From contig WGBD01000007.1 of assembly GCA_015494465.1 (NCBI GenBank), positions 67,009 through 131,008 on the forward strand: DNA of 64,000 bases, in the 5' to 3' direction. Position numbers and translations under genes: made by a program. The notes beneath the pieces are model-generated. The model saw only the letters and a program-made list of their open reading frames with translations. It had not been told where the DNA came from and did no database searches. Positions 29,943 to 39,602 of this stretch are shown here, piece after piece (within the stretch, counting starts at the first letter, position 1; every line of letters starts with the position of its first letter). Source of the stretch: Candidatus Omnitrophota bacterium. GTDB lineage: Bacteria; Omnitrophota; Gorgyraeia; S143-82.

Positions 29943-31139
29943 CTAAATAGTGTCCAGAATCTCCCTTATGCTCGAGACAACGCTATCTGGGGGAAAGAGT
30001 ACCTCGTCGTTTTCTTCGGGAGCCTCTCCCAACAGCACCGCCTTTATCCCGACCTCCTTAGCGACTTGGAGGAGTCCGAGATCACCGGAGATCATCAACG
30101 AATCCGCATAACTGACCCCGTTGAATTCCAGAAGAATACCTTCTACCTGCCGTTTTATCTCTCCAACCTCCCCTTTAACCACCAACCGCACCCTATCGTC
30201 GGCAAAAGACAGAGCACCCTCGGGACCAAGCACCACCACCAGATATCCTGAATACAAAAACCTCTCAACCACCGCGTTCAACTCGTCTCCATCCACCACC
30301 TCACCGTCCAGGACCACGATAGCCTTGACCCTAAGTGAGGACAACATATCCAACTCCCGCATCTTGAACCAGGTAAGGATCTGGTATAATCCCGCACAGA
30401 AACTTATGTACAAACCGACCAGACCCGCCCTCCAGCCCCCCTTCACGGTGTACTCCTTCAGGAAGTGGGAGAAGAACTTGCGCACCGCATTAAGCCCGGA
30501 ATACCTCCTCCCTAGGCGTATCCTCTTTCTGGCGTCCAGGTCCGTTTGGGCATTCACCTTCCTTATAAGATCAGAAAATCCCGAATAGGAAAAGTGTAAA
30601 ACTACCCCCTCCTCCGGGGACAGGGTATAGGTCTTCCCTTCCGAAGCAACGATAGAGGGATGGACCTCCTCCTCCTCGCTAAAGCGCACATACCGGCGGT
30701 CAAAGAGGCGCAACTGATAGGCAGGATCCCATCCCGGATGCCTCACCCAGAGGTTGCCAATAAAGATTCGCATAGGCAGGTTGATCCCCACAATTGTCTC
30801 CTTCTCCAGCCACCCTCGCCTTTCCATGAGTGAGGCAATTGTTCGGGCCAAGGTGGGAGTAACCAACTCATCACCGTCTATAGAGAGGATCCAATCGTGT
30901 TTCGCTTTAGCGATGGCCCAGTTCCTGTGCCTGCCTTCTATGTCCATCTTTCGTTGAAAGACGCGGGCACCCCAGTCCCTTGCGATATCAGGGGTGCGAT
31001 CCGTACTGAAGTCGTCCACGACCACGACATCGTCCACCCACCTCAAGGAGTCCAAAACCCGACGGATGTTCCTCTCTTCGTTCTTCACCACCAGGACCGC
31101 AGAGATAGGGACCTTCCCCAGACCTCTTTTCCCACTCAT
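29943..31139 (-). CDS. Glycosyltransferase family 2 (WaaE-like) with C-terminal degenerate HAD-like domain
   Basis: KNEE.NI, VDDFSTD.T, WILSIDGDE, RLF, VH; extra 130 aa C-terminal domain; ATG overlaps the TauE stop. Confidence 0.8.
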   Translation of the reverse strand: MSGKRGLGKVPISAVLVVKNEERNIRRVLDSLRWVDDVVVVDDFSTDRTPDIARDWGARVFQRKMDIEGRHRNWAIAKAKHDWILSIDGDELVTPTLARTIASLMERRGWLEKETIVGINLPMRIFIGNLWVRHPGWDPAYQLRLFDRRYVRFSEEEEVHPSIVASEGKTYTLSPEEGVVLHFSYSGFSDLIRKVNAQTDLDARKRIRLGRRYSGLNAVRKFFSHFLKEYTVKGGWRAGLVGLYISFCAGLYQILTWFKMRELDMLSSLRVKAIVVLDGEVVDGDELNAVVERFLYSGYLVVVLGPEGALSFADDRVRLVVKGEVGEIKRQVEGILLEFNGVSYADSLMISGDLGLLQVAKEVGIKAVLLGEAPEENDEVLFPPDSVVSSIREILDTI

Positions 31140-31900
31140 CCCAAGTACCTCCAAAGATTTACCAACAGATAAGCCAGTCCCACAAAGGCAAGGAGCACGC
31201 CCAGATACCTGCGGTGGTGCTTTCTATTTAGACGACATCCCAAGCGGGCCCCTATCTGGGCCCCGAGGAAGACCACCGCCCAGTAAAACAACACCTCATG
31301 CGAAAATTCAAATCGTCCCCCGCTTACGTGCCCCAGAAGCCCCGACAAGGCGGTAAGCCCGACCATCAAACTGGATGTCCCCACCGCAACCTTCACCGGC
31401 ACTCCAAGGAACAGGACCATCAACGGGACCTTAATCACTCCCCCGCCGATCCCCAAGAGCCCGGCCACGCCCCCCGCAAACACCATGGCGAGCATCCCCA
31501 GCATCCACCGACTCCTATCCGGACTCACTTCCCTCTCCTCTGCCTCTTCACCGCTCATCATCTTATAGGCAGACAGAAACAAGAACCCCACGAACAGGCC
31601 CTTGGCAATCCCCTCCGGGAACCACGCGGAAACAAACCCGCCCAAAAAGGCTCCCACCAGAGTGGGCAACTCCACCGCAAGAAACAGCCTCCACGAGACC
31701 AACCCCGCCCGGTGATAGACCAGAAAACATGACAGCGAACTGACGAATATCATGCTTTGACTCACCGCCACCGCGGTGTGGAAGTCAAGACCGCTCAGGT
31801 TCAACAAGGGCACATAGACGGTTCCCCCGCCCTGCCCGAACATCGGAAAGACGATAGAGGTCAAGAATATCAGGAAACTAATAGGCGTGAGGATGGGCAT
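31136..31900 (-). CDS. Sulfite exporter TauE/SafE family protein
   Basis: Duplicated G.GGG...VP motifs, AVGTS, GAQIGA; about 8 TM. Confidence 0.88.
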   Translation of the reverse strand: MPILTPISFLIFLTSIVFPMFGQGGGTVYVPLLNLSGLDFHTAVAVSQSMIFVSSLSCFLVYHRAGLVSWRLFLAVELPTLVGAFLGGFVSAWFPEGIAKGLFVGFLFLSAYKMMSGEEAEEREVSPDRSRWMLGMLAMVFAGGVAGLLGIGGGVIKVPLMVLFLGVPVKVAVGTSSLMVGLTALSGLLGHVSGGRFEFSHEVLFYWAVVFLGAQIGARLGCRLNRKHHRRYLGVLLAFVGLAYLLVNLWRYLG

Positions 31901-32780
31901 TATCGTAGACCTCCCTCAGCCTGTCCACCGTGAGGTGGGTGTAGATCTGAGTCGTAGAGATGTTCTTGTGTCCCAACAACTCCTGAACGGTGCGCAGGTC
32001 CGCCCCTCGGTTCAGCATGTGGGTGGCAAAGGAATGCCTGAGGCTGTGGACCGACAGGCCCGGCCTCCACAACCCCGCCTGTATCAGACGCCTTTTTACT
32101 ATGTCCTCTACAGACCTGGCAGACAGCCTCCTACCAAATCGATTCACGAACAGGGCATCCTCTGCCCGATCCGCGACCTTTGCCCTAACCTCCAGATAGG
32201 CCCTGATCGCCTTACGGGCCCAACTCCCCAACAGGGCAAGCCTCTCCTTCCGCCCCTTGCCGAACAGTCTCACCACCCCGGAATCTAAGTCCAGATCCTG
32301 CAGAGATATACCCACCAGTTCACTGACCCTGCAACCGGTTGAGTATATGGTTTCCACTATCGCCCTGTCCCTCCTACCGGAAAAGTCGTCACCGAAGTCC
32401 ACATTCAAGAGCTGATCTATCTGCTCCTCGGTAAGGAAGTGAGGAAGACGCCTCTTCTGCCTCGGATTGGGCTGGTCCGCAAAGGGGTTGTCCTCAACTA
32501 CCCCCCGGGCTTGCAAGAACCGATAAAAGGCCCTCAATCCCGACAGCCTGCGGGATATCGACGAACCCGAAAGGCCCCTCCTCCTCAACCAGGACAGAAA
32601 CAAACGCAGGTGGAGGGGATCAAGGCTGGGGTTAAAATCACCACCCCGATGTTCTTTTAGAAACTCCAGAAAGGCATCTATGTCTTGGCGATAACCCTTG
32701 ACGGTCTGGGGAGAGTAGTTCCTCTCGCGGGAGAGGTAGAGCAGAAACCTGTCTTTCCACCAGGGCAAAGATCCCGGCAC
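31878..32780 (-). CDS. xerC: Tyrosine recombinase XerC-like
   Basis: ERNYS..T...Y..D, TGCRVSEL, GKG.KER, HSLRHSFATH, GADLR.VQELLGH, TTQIYTH. Confidence 0.85.
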   Translation of the reverse strand: MPGSLPWWKDRFLLYLSRERNYSPQTVKGYRQDIDAFLEFLKEHRGGDFNPSLDPLHLRLFLSWLRRRGLSGSSISRRLSGLRAFYRFLQARGVVEDNPFADQPNPRQKRRLPHFLTEEQIDQLLNVDFGDDFSGRRDRAIVETIYSTGCRVSELVGISLQDLDLDSGVVRLFGKGRKERLALLGSWARKAIRAYLEVRAKVADRAEDALFVNRFGRRLSARSVEDIVKRRLIQAGLWRPGLSVHSLRHSFATHMLNRGADLRTVQELLGHKNISTTQIYTHLTVDRLREVYDNAHPHAY

Positions 32781-32797
32781 CGGGCCCCTTCTCTGGC

Positions 32798-33013
32798 TTA
32801 CTTCTCCTCCAGATACTTCTTACCGTACTTCTTGACGAACTTTTCCACCCGCCCCGCGGTGTCAACGAACTTCTGCTTGCCGGTGAAGAACGGATGACAG
32901 GCAGAGCATATCTCCACCCGGATCCCGGGACGAGTAGATCGGGTGTGTATCACATTCCCACAGGCACAGGTGATAGTGCACTCGACATAATCCGGATGTA
33001 TACCCTTCTTCAT
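32798..33013 (-). CDS. rpmE: 50S ribosomal protein L31 (Zn-binding type)
   Basis: [28 protein letters not shown]. Confidence 0.97.
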   Translation of the reverse strand: MKKGIHPDYVECTITCACGNVIHTRSTRPGIRVEICSACHPFFTGKQKFVDTAGRVEKFVKKYGKKYLEEK

Positions 33014-33050
33014 ACTCCATCACTCCCCTTCTCTGACTAATTATGCAGAG

Positions 33051-33078
33051 ATTTTACTATCCTTACAAAATATTTCAA
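33051..33078 (-). promoter_or_regulatory. Putative sigma70 promoter for rpmE-xerC-tauE-GT2
   Basis: Minus strand TTGAAA-16 nt-TAAAAT. Confidence 0.6.
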
Positions 33079-33104
33079 GGATTTTTCATCCCCTCAGGTC
33101 AGGT

Positions 33105-34211
33105 TTACCTGTCTATCTCCGGTGGGCAGATGCCGAAACTGGACAGGTATATGGGGACATCCTCTATCCGGGCCCCTTTGAGCATCTCCTGTATCATAGC
33201 AGTCCCGGTGGTGTAAGAGGGCCCTCGGACATGCACGCGATAGGGGTTTCCACTCTTGCCGTCGAACCGCATGTAATAGCCGTACTCCCCGTTGGTGGAC
33301 TCCACCACCTGATAGGTCTGACCCGCGGGAGGAATCCACTTCTTGTAGTTTATCGGCTTGTTGAAGACCTTGCCCTTGGGCATCTTATCCAGGACCTGAC
33401 GGATGATGTCTATGCTCTGCTCTATCTCCATCCGCTTTAATATCATCCGGGAATAGGCATCTCCGTCCTTGAGGGTTACCACCTCGAAGTCTATCTCCGG
33501 ATAGGCCTCGTAGGCGTAGATCTTTCTCATGTCCACCGGCTTTCCCATCGCCCTGACCGCGGGACCGGTGAGACAGTACTTCTTGGCCAGTTTCTCGGTG
33601 ACCACGAACCTGCCCTTGGTCCGGAAGACGAAGAAACTGTTGTGGTAAAAGGTCCGGTCGTAATCGACGAGTCTCCTCTCTATGTAATCCAAGACCTCCC
33701 TCACCCTATCCTCAAACCCCTCTGGCAGATCCCTGCGCACCCCACCGGGGACTATGTAGATGTGATAGACCCGCGCTCCGGTCAACCACTCGAACAGGTC
33801 CAATATGAAGTCCCTGTCCGCAAAGGCCCAGTTCATAACCGTGTATATACCAAGTCCTCCGCACATGAACCCGAGGTTCAGGAAGGTCGCAGCGATCCGC
33901 GCCAGTTCCAAGACCATCGTCCGGATGTACTTTGCCCGCGGGGGGACCTCTATCCCGCATATCGCCTCTATACAACGGGCGTAGACCTCCTCGTTGATGT
34001 CCGGCTCGGGTACGCATATTCGGGGTATGATGGAGACATTCTGCATCAGGTTGCGGTGCTCCATCAACTTCTCAAAGGAGCGGTGCAGGAAGCCGTACTC
34101 CGGCTCCATGTGTACGATGGTATCCCCCTCCAGCCACAGGTGCATACAGGAGTTACCCGCAGCACCGGGATGGTTAGGGCCTATGAATAACTCAACCCTT
34201 CTTTCCGCCAT
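33105..34211 (-). CDS. mbxL: Mbx/Mbs catalytic large subunit (NuoD-like, no NiFe site)
   Basis: GPNHP, G.LHR.FEKL, RICVPEPD and C-terminal CPPEIDR: one Cys per motif instead of two CxxC. Confidence 0.88.
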   Translation of the reverse strand: MAERRVELFIGPNHPGAAGNSCMHLWLEGDTIVHMEPEYGFLHRSFEKLMEHRNLMQNVSIIPRICVPEPDINEEVYARCIEAICGIEVPPRAKYIRTMVLELARIAATFLNLGFMCGGLGIYTVMNWAFADRDFILDLFEWLTGARVYHIYIVPGGVRRDLPEGFEDRVREVLDYIERRLVDYDRTFYHNSFFVFRTKGRFVVTEKLAKKYCLTGPAVRAMGKPVDMRKIYAYEAYPEIDFEVVTLKDGDAYSRMILKRMEIEQSIDIIRQVLDKMPKGKVFNKPINYKKWIPPAGQTYQVVESTNGEYGYYMRFDGKSGNPYRVHVRGPSYTTGTAMIQEMLKGARIEDVPIYLSSFGICPPEIDR

Positions 34212-34689
34212 AGTCCCTCTCTCCGTAGTGTTCCAAAGAGAACCTGATGGAATCAAACGACTTCCTCATCGGGAACCGCGGATGGGCAGGATCGTTGCCC
34301 TCGAATATAAACGGCTTATCGTAATCCGGATTCCCTGCGAAGTGGAGCCCGAACATCTCGTATATCTCCCTCTCGTAGAACTGCGCGTGGGGCCACAGGT
34401 GCATCACCGTGGGCTGGCGATCGGTTTCGTAATCCAACAGGCATGCCAGGAACAACCTCTGCTCCATAGAGAAGGAATAGAGGTTGTAAATCAACTCACA
34501 GTGCCTGTCGTCTCCCAGATCCACGCAGGTTATCGTGGCTAAGTAATCAAAGCCCGTCGCATAAAGGTCCTCTATTGCCTGCGGAACCTTATTCTTATCC
34601 AGCCGGGCGTAGAGGATCCCACCTGCCTCCTCTTTCACCTCTGCAGAGAGACTCTCTAAAAACCTGATTAAGTCCTTTTTATCCTTCAT
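34192..34689 (-). CDS. mbxK: Mbx/Mbs subunit K (NuoC-like)
   Basis: FDYL..ITCVD, YEREIYEMFG..F.GNP, FPMRK. Confidence 0.88.
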   Translation of the reverse strand: MKDKKDLIRFLESLSAEVKEEAGGILYARLDKNKVPQAIEDLYATGFDYLATITCVDLGDDRHCELIYNLYSFSMEQRLFLACLLDYETDRQPTVMHLWPHAQFYEREIYEMFGLHFAGNPDYDKPFIFEGNDPAHPRFPMRKSFDSIRFSLEHYGERDYGGKKG

Positions 34690-34702
34690 ACCTCACACCT
34701 GC

Positions 34703-35248
34703 CTATACATCCGCGAGTATCTTCCTCTGATTTGCCTTGTACCAGTCGTAGCGTTCGGCGTAGTCTATCCACCCGCCGGGCAGTTTCTTCCTTATCCTCT
34801 CCTTTATCTCCAGTATCCCCTTCAAGACCGCCTCGGGTCTGGGCATGCAACCCGCAATGTAGATGTCCACCGGTATGTAGTCAGAAAGGCGGTTGATGGT
34901 GATGTAGGAATCCCAATAGTGTCCACCGTTGATGGTGCAGGAGCCAAATCCAATCACATACTTGGGGGCCTGCATCAACTCGTAGGACCATATCACCCGC
35001 TTGAGGGTCTTTAGAGACAGGTACCCGGTAATCAAGAGGACATCTGCCTGCCTCGGCGTGGCCATAGGGGCTATGCCAAAGCGGGTCATATCGTAACGGG
35101 AGGTCATCGTCGGGGGCAACTCTATCGCCCCGCAACCGGTACAGTAGTGGAGCAACCAGATAGAATTCTTACGCGCCCAGTCCCAAAACCCCCTCAATAT
35201 CGCGTTGTTTTCCTTTGCGTACTCTACATGCTCTGGGCACTGAGCCAT
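34703..35248 (-). CDS. mbxJ: Mbx/Mbs Fe-S small subunit J (NuoB-like)
   Basis: CTGCGAIELPP, RYD..RFG, PRQAD, ITGY...KTLKR, GSC..NGG.YWDSY, GCMPRPE. Confidence 0.9.
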   Translation of the reverse strand: MAQCPEHVEYAKENNAILRGFWDWARKNSIWLLHYCTGCGAIELPPTMTSRYDMTRFGIAPMATPRQADVLLITGYLSLKTLKRVIWSYELMQAPKYVIGFGSCTINGGHYWDSYITINRLSDYIPVDIYIAGCMPRPEAVLKGILEIKERIRKKLPGGWIDYAERYDWYKANQRKILADV

Positions 35249-35265
35249 AATCTATACCTCCGACT

Positions 35266-36162
35266 CTAAAACACCTTCCAGCCCAGATAGAGGAGCCAAC
35301 CTATTAGTGCCAAGACCACCGGTTTGGTCCAGTACATCTTTACCGCCCTCTGGGTAGTGGTCCTGGCCATCACCGCGCTTATCCATATCAGGACGAAGAA
35401 GACCGCCAGCATCTTCAGGTAAAACACCACGAAGTTGCTCGCCCCGCCCAAGAACAGGTCCACGAACAGGGCACAAGCGGTGTAGTAGTGAAGTGCCATG
35501 TAGATGAACAGGTACCCCAAAAACTTCCCCGAATACTCCACCATCGGCCCGGACGCGATCTCACTGGGGGCGATGATGATGTCAAACGGGTGTTTACCCA
35601 TCTCCGCTATCATCACCCAGAAGTAGACCACCGCAAACAGGGGCATTTTCACTATGTACCAATTGCTAATCCCTCCCGCCTGAGCGGATATCACATCCAT
35701 GAAGTTTGCGCTCCCGGTGTAGGAGATGATGCCCAACAGCACCATCACCAACGGCAGGTCGTAGCCCATCATCAACATCAGGGCGCGGGATATACCTATG
35801 CTGGCGTAGGGATTCTTTGCCTGGGCGGTACCCAAGGCCATCCCCAAGGGGGCAATCGTGAGTATGTACATCAGGGCAACGATGTCCGCCTGGGTGGACA
35901 GGACCGGCCTGTTGGCGAATGGAACGAAGTAAACCACCAGAGCAGCTCCCGCAAGGGCCATCCACACCCCGAGGTCAAAGACCCATCCGTAGGAGACCGG
36001 TCTTTGCTTGGAGAGCAACTTCACCACATCTATAAACGGCTGAATCAACGGAGGTCCGTACCTGCGCTGGATCCTCGCAGTTATTCGAGTACCGATACCC
36101 ATAAAGGATATCCCTATGAGAAAGCAGACTATAGGCAGACCAATCATCCCCAGTACGGTCAT
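35266..36162 (-). CDS. mbxM: Mbx/Mbs membrane anchor subunit M (NuoH-like)
   Basis: ARIQRR.GPP..QP..D..KLL.K, PFD...APSEIASG.MVEYSG. Confidence 0.88.
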   Translation of the reverse strand: MTVLGMIGLPIVCFLIGISFMGIGTRITARIQRRYGPPLIQPFIDVVKLLSKQRPVSYGWVFDLGVWMALAGAALVVYFVPFANRPVLSTQADIVALMYILTIAPLGMALGTAQAKNPYASIGISRALMLMMGYDLPLVMVLLGIISYTGSANFMDVISAQAGGISNWYIVKMPLFAVVYFWVMIAEMGKHPFDIIIAPSEIASGPMVEYSGKFLGYLFIYMALHYYTACALFVDLFLGGASNFVVFYLKMLAVFFVLIWISAVMARTTTQRAVKMYWTKPVVLALIGWLLYLGWKVF

Positions 36163-36164
36163 CG

Positions 36165-37757
36165 TCAACTCCCTTTACTGACCAGCAGAGACAATGCCAC
36201 TATCAATCCGCTCAAGGTCAACATTATGTAGGCCCCGTAGGTTGCCAACCGACCGTTGTACAAGCCACGCAAGACGAGACCGAGCCCTGCTATGTACTCT
36301 TTCCAGAACCCCGCCAGCCAGCCCAAAGAGAAGAGGTCCACGAAGGCCTTACCCAACCTGTTTACCGGAGCGTAAAAATTATAACTGTAGTCCCACAATC
36401 TTATCTGCTCAGGCAGATAGGCCGCTGCGGTGTATCCTTCGGTATCCGGGGCGTAGCGATGCTTGGGGAGAAGAATCCAAAACAGGATCACTACTACTCC
36501 CAAAAGCAGACCAAAGACCTCCAATACAAGAGATAAATTTACCAGACCTATACTTGTCTTGGTTATAGTTACTGGATCAAAAATTCCCGTGAGGGCTCTA
36601 CTTGTTAGACCCATAAACGGTTTCACATATGCTCCTATCAAAAAAGAGACCAGTCCCGAAACGACAAGAGGGATTATCTGTAGGGGATTCATCTCCTTAA
36701 CGAGGGAGATAGACGCCTTCTTTCGGCCCAAGAATATAGAGTGCAAGAGCCTATAAACATACAGGAACGACCCCACCCCGGCGACGAAGAAGAGGAGCAC
36801 CGGAAGGAGTCTGCCCTTGGAGATGAAGGCCTCGTACATAAGCCACTTGGAATTGAATCCACCCATCGGAGGGACACCGGCAAGGGATATCCCCAGCATA
36901 AGGAAAAAGAGGAAACTGACCGGCATCCTCCTGACGAAGTCCCCCATAGCGGTGTACTCGGTGGAACCGATCTTCCTCCAGATGTAGATCACCACGCTGA
37001 ACATCCCCAGTTTTATCAACATGTGATTTATGTAGTGCAGGACCGCACCCGATACGCTCACTGCCGACCAGAGCAGTACGCTGGCAAATATAAAGGTCAC
37101 CTGAGACAGGCTGGAGAAGGACAGGGCCTCTATTGCGTCCTCGCTCCCTACCGCCTTGAATGCAGACCATATCGCGGTAATACCCGCAAGGTATATAAAC
37201 AGGTTCTGCCATACGGCCAGATTCGGCAGGGAGGGCAACTCGGATACGGTGCGCAGGATCCCAAAGACGCCCAACTTACTGATTATAGCGGAAAGGAACA
37301 ACACGAACCGTTTGTCCGAACCCGTATACAGGTCCCCAATCCAGAAGTTGAAGGGTATCACCCCGGTCTTTACGACGAACGGCAGGCAGAACAGGGCTAT
37401 TGCGGTTGGGCCTGCCTTTGCCAGAGAAGATAGTGCAGTGGATCCGGTTACCGCGTAGGTATAACCTATGGCTGAGAGCATGGCAAACTCGCCCAAGAGG
37501 GATACCCACAGATACCCAAAGGCCTTGCGAGGATTGTTGCTCAAGATAAAGGTAAGCCAGGTGCTCGCGGACCAGAAGAGGAAGAAGTAGAGCATGTCCT
37601 TGGTGGAGTAAAGCCCTACCAGTACCAGGGTAAGGAGCAATATACCGAGAATAGGCCACGGCCTGCGGGTATACCTATCCCCAGCCAACAGGAAAAGTAT
37701 CTGCAGGCCCGCCAGTCCCAGAGTCAGCCAGGTAAACAGAAGCCCCAATCTATCCAT
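36165..37757 (-). CDS. Mbx/Mbs antiporter-like subunit H' (MrpD/NuoL-like), N-terminally short
   Basis: K in FVVKTG and ISKLG, SSLSQ, NH..IK, GVPP..GF.SKWL.YE, C-terminal extension. Confidence 0.82.
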   Translation of the reverse strand: MDRLGLLFTWLTLGLAGLQILFLLAGDRYTRRPWPILGILLLTLVLVGLYSTKDMLYFFLFWSASTWLTFILSNNPRKAFGYLWVSLLGEFAMLSAIGYTYAVTGSTALSSLAKAGPTAIALFCLPFVVKTGVIPFNFWIGDLYTGSDKRFVLFLSAIISKLGVFGILRTVSELPSLPNLAVWQNLFIYLAGITAIWSAFKAVGSEDAIEALSFSSLSQVTFIFASVLLWSAVSVSGAVLHYINHMLIKLGMFSVVIYIWRKIGSTEYTAMGDFVRRMPVSFLFFLMLGISLAGVPPMGGFNSKWLMYEAFISKGRLLPVLLFFVAGVGSFLYVYRLLHSIFLGRKKASISLVKEMNPLQIIPLVVSGLVSFLIGAYVKPFMGLTSRALTGIFDPVTITKTSIGLVNLSLVLEVFGLLLGVVVILFWILLPKHRYAPDTEGYTAAAYLPEQIRLWDYSYNFYAPVNRLGKAFVDLFSLGWLAGFWKEYIAGLGLVLRGLYNGRLATYGAYIMLTLSGLIVALSLLVSKGS

Positions 37758-39246
37758 CTATGTCAACCCCTCCCTTGTAGGCAGAGACATCGTAAACGGT
37801 CTGGATGTATTCCTGCTTGGGTGTAAACCTCAATCGAGATAGATCCACACCTTTCTTCACCCCGTACACCGCCAAGACACCTGCACCCAACATCAACAGG
37901 GACAAGACCCACAAGGACAGCGCCTGCCCCGGGCAATCCTGTCTGCCCTCACCTTTTGCCGTCAACATAGCGGAACTTATGCGCATCAAGTAAATCGCTT
38001 CCAGGACCATAACTGCCAAGACTATCCCCACCAGTGCGTACATGTTTATGGCCAAGAGACCAAATACCAACGCGACCTTGCCCCAGAACCCCAGAAAGGG
38101 CGGTGCCCCCACGAGAGACAGGCCTCCCACCAGTCCCACCACCTTGTCGGAGAAGGCACACTCCTCGGCAAACCGATCCAGGTCCCGCGATCCGCTCCTA
38201 TCTGAGACCGCTCCCACCGAAAGGAAGAGCCCTCCCTTGGCCAACAGGTGGTTAAGGAAGAGGAGCACCAAGGCGACACTCCCCAGATCAGGTCGGGACA
38301 GACCAACCGCAAAGGCCATCAGCATCAGACCTATCTGCCCCGCCGAGGAATAGGCGAGCGCCCGCTTGACATCCCTCTGATAGAACCCGACTATCTCCGC
38401 AACCACAAAGGTCAACACCCCCAGGAGCAGCAGGGTCTGGCCCACCAGCAAGACTGCACCTTTGTCGAGGAAGAACAGGCCCACCAACCGCAGGAGCACA
38501 TACAACGCGGACTCTATCACTATCCCCGACAGGAGCGCAGAGACCGGGAAAGGCGCTGCGGGGTGGGCATCAAAGAGCCAAGCATTCAAAGGGAATACCC
38601 CGCTCTCCACGCCCAATCCTACCAGTATCAACACGAAAACCACCAGTTTAAACAACGCCGGCCAACTATTTGATAGATAAGATATCTGAGCCAGATTGAG
38701 GGTACCGGTCTTTCCGTATATCAGGGCTATGGCCAGCAGGAACAGAGAAGAGGCAACCGAGCCCAGGACGAAGTACTTGACGCCTGCCTCTATGGACTCC
38801 CTCTTCCTGTAATAGGCCACCAAGGCGAAGGAGACCAGACAGACTATCTCAAAGAAGACGAATACGTTGAACAGGTCCCCGCTCATTATCAGGCCGTTGA
38901 GCCCCGCCAAGAGTATCATCAACAGGCCGTAAAAGCGCCAGGAATACCTCGTGCCCGAACCTATAACCGCAAGAAACATCAACACATTCACAGAGAACAA
39001 CCACAAGCCTGCCAGAGGATCCAGGAAGAAGTTGATACCCAGAGGAGGCCTCCATCCCCCGAAGACTACCACTATGGAAGATCCCTTTAAGAGCGACAGC
39101 AGTACCTTCCCCGCCAACACGGTGGTTATCAGCGAGGTCAGGGCGGAGAATGCCTTTGCGGGGCGGTTCCCCAACCTGCCCACGAACCACATCAAAAACC
39201 CGGCCAGCAACGGCAGGGCAAATGTGTAGACCGCTAATTTCGTCAT
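37750..39246 (-). CDS. mbxH: Mbx/Mbs antiporter-like subunit H (MrpD-like)
   Basis: GGW.PP.GI...LD.L, GDLFNVFVFFEI, EA..KY, TGTLN, FPLNAW, KR.LAYSS.GQIG, GFWGK. Confidence 0.88.
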   Translation of the reverse strand: MTKLAVYTFALPLLAGFLMWFVGRLGNRPAKAFSALTSLITTVLAGKVLLSLLKGSSIVVVFGGWRPPLGINFFLDPLAGLWLFSVNVLMFLAVIGSGTRYSWRFYGLLMILLAGLNGLIMSGDLFNVFVFFEIVCLVSFALVAYYRKRESIEAGVKYFVLGSVASSLFLLAIALIYGKTGTLNLAQISYLSNSWPALFKLVVFVLILVGLGVESGVFPLNAWLFDAHPAAPFPVSALLSGIVIESALYVLLRLVGLFFLDKGAVLLVGQTLLLLGVLTFVVAEIVGFYQRDVKRALAYSSAGQIGLMLMAFAVGLSRPDLGSVALVLLFLNHLLAKGGLFLSVGAVSDRSGSRDLDRFAEECAFSDKVVGLVGGLSLVGAPPFLGFWGKVALVFGLLAINMYALVGIVLAVMVLEAIYLMRISSAMLTAKGEGRQDCPGQALSLWVLSLLMLGAGVLAVYGVKKGVDLSRLRFTPKQEYIQTVYDVSAYKGGVDIDG

Positions 39247-39602
39247 CCCGCCAGATCCTTCAGTTCAGAGACATCGGTGGTACCAAACCGCCTGTGCATC
39301 CACACCGCCATCCCCAGCCCAACTGCCAGAAGACCGAGTCCTATGACGATAGCGGTGAGCACCAAGGCCTGGGGCACCGGATCCACGACCTTGCCGACTG
39401 CAGAGGCCTGCAGTTCCTTGCTGAACAATATTGGGGCAATCCTTCCCCGCACATAGCCGATACTGACGATGAGCAGGTTCACCCCCGACTCTAGTACCGA
39501 CAGACTTATCAGTATCTTTACAAAGTCCCGGTTCAGGAAGACACCCATCAGTCCCAGACCTATCAGAAACACGCTAAGGGCGTAGAAGTCAAGCGCGTTC
39601 AT
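39243..39602 (-). CDS. mbxG: Mbx subunit G (MnhC/MrpC-like)
   Basis: DPVPQALVLTAIVIG. Confidence 0.9.
   Translation of the reverse strand: MNALDFYALSVFLIGLGLMGVFLNRDFVKILISLSVLESGVNLLIVSIGYVRGRIAPILFSKELQASAVGKVVDPVPQALVLTAIVIGLGLLAVGLGMAVWMHRRFGTTDVSELKDLAG

Noticed and set aside
31878-32780. Tyrosine recombinase as a phage or island integrase
   Set aside because: About 300 aa with XerC/D-type motifs, embedded among housekeeping genes; no tRNA, att repeats or phage genes nearby
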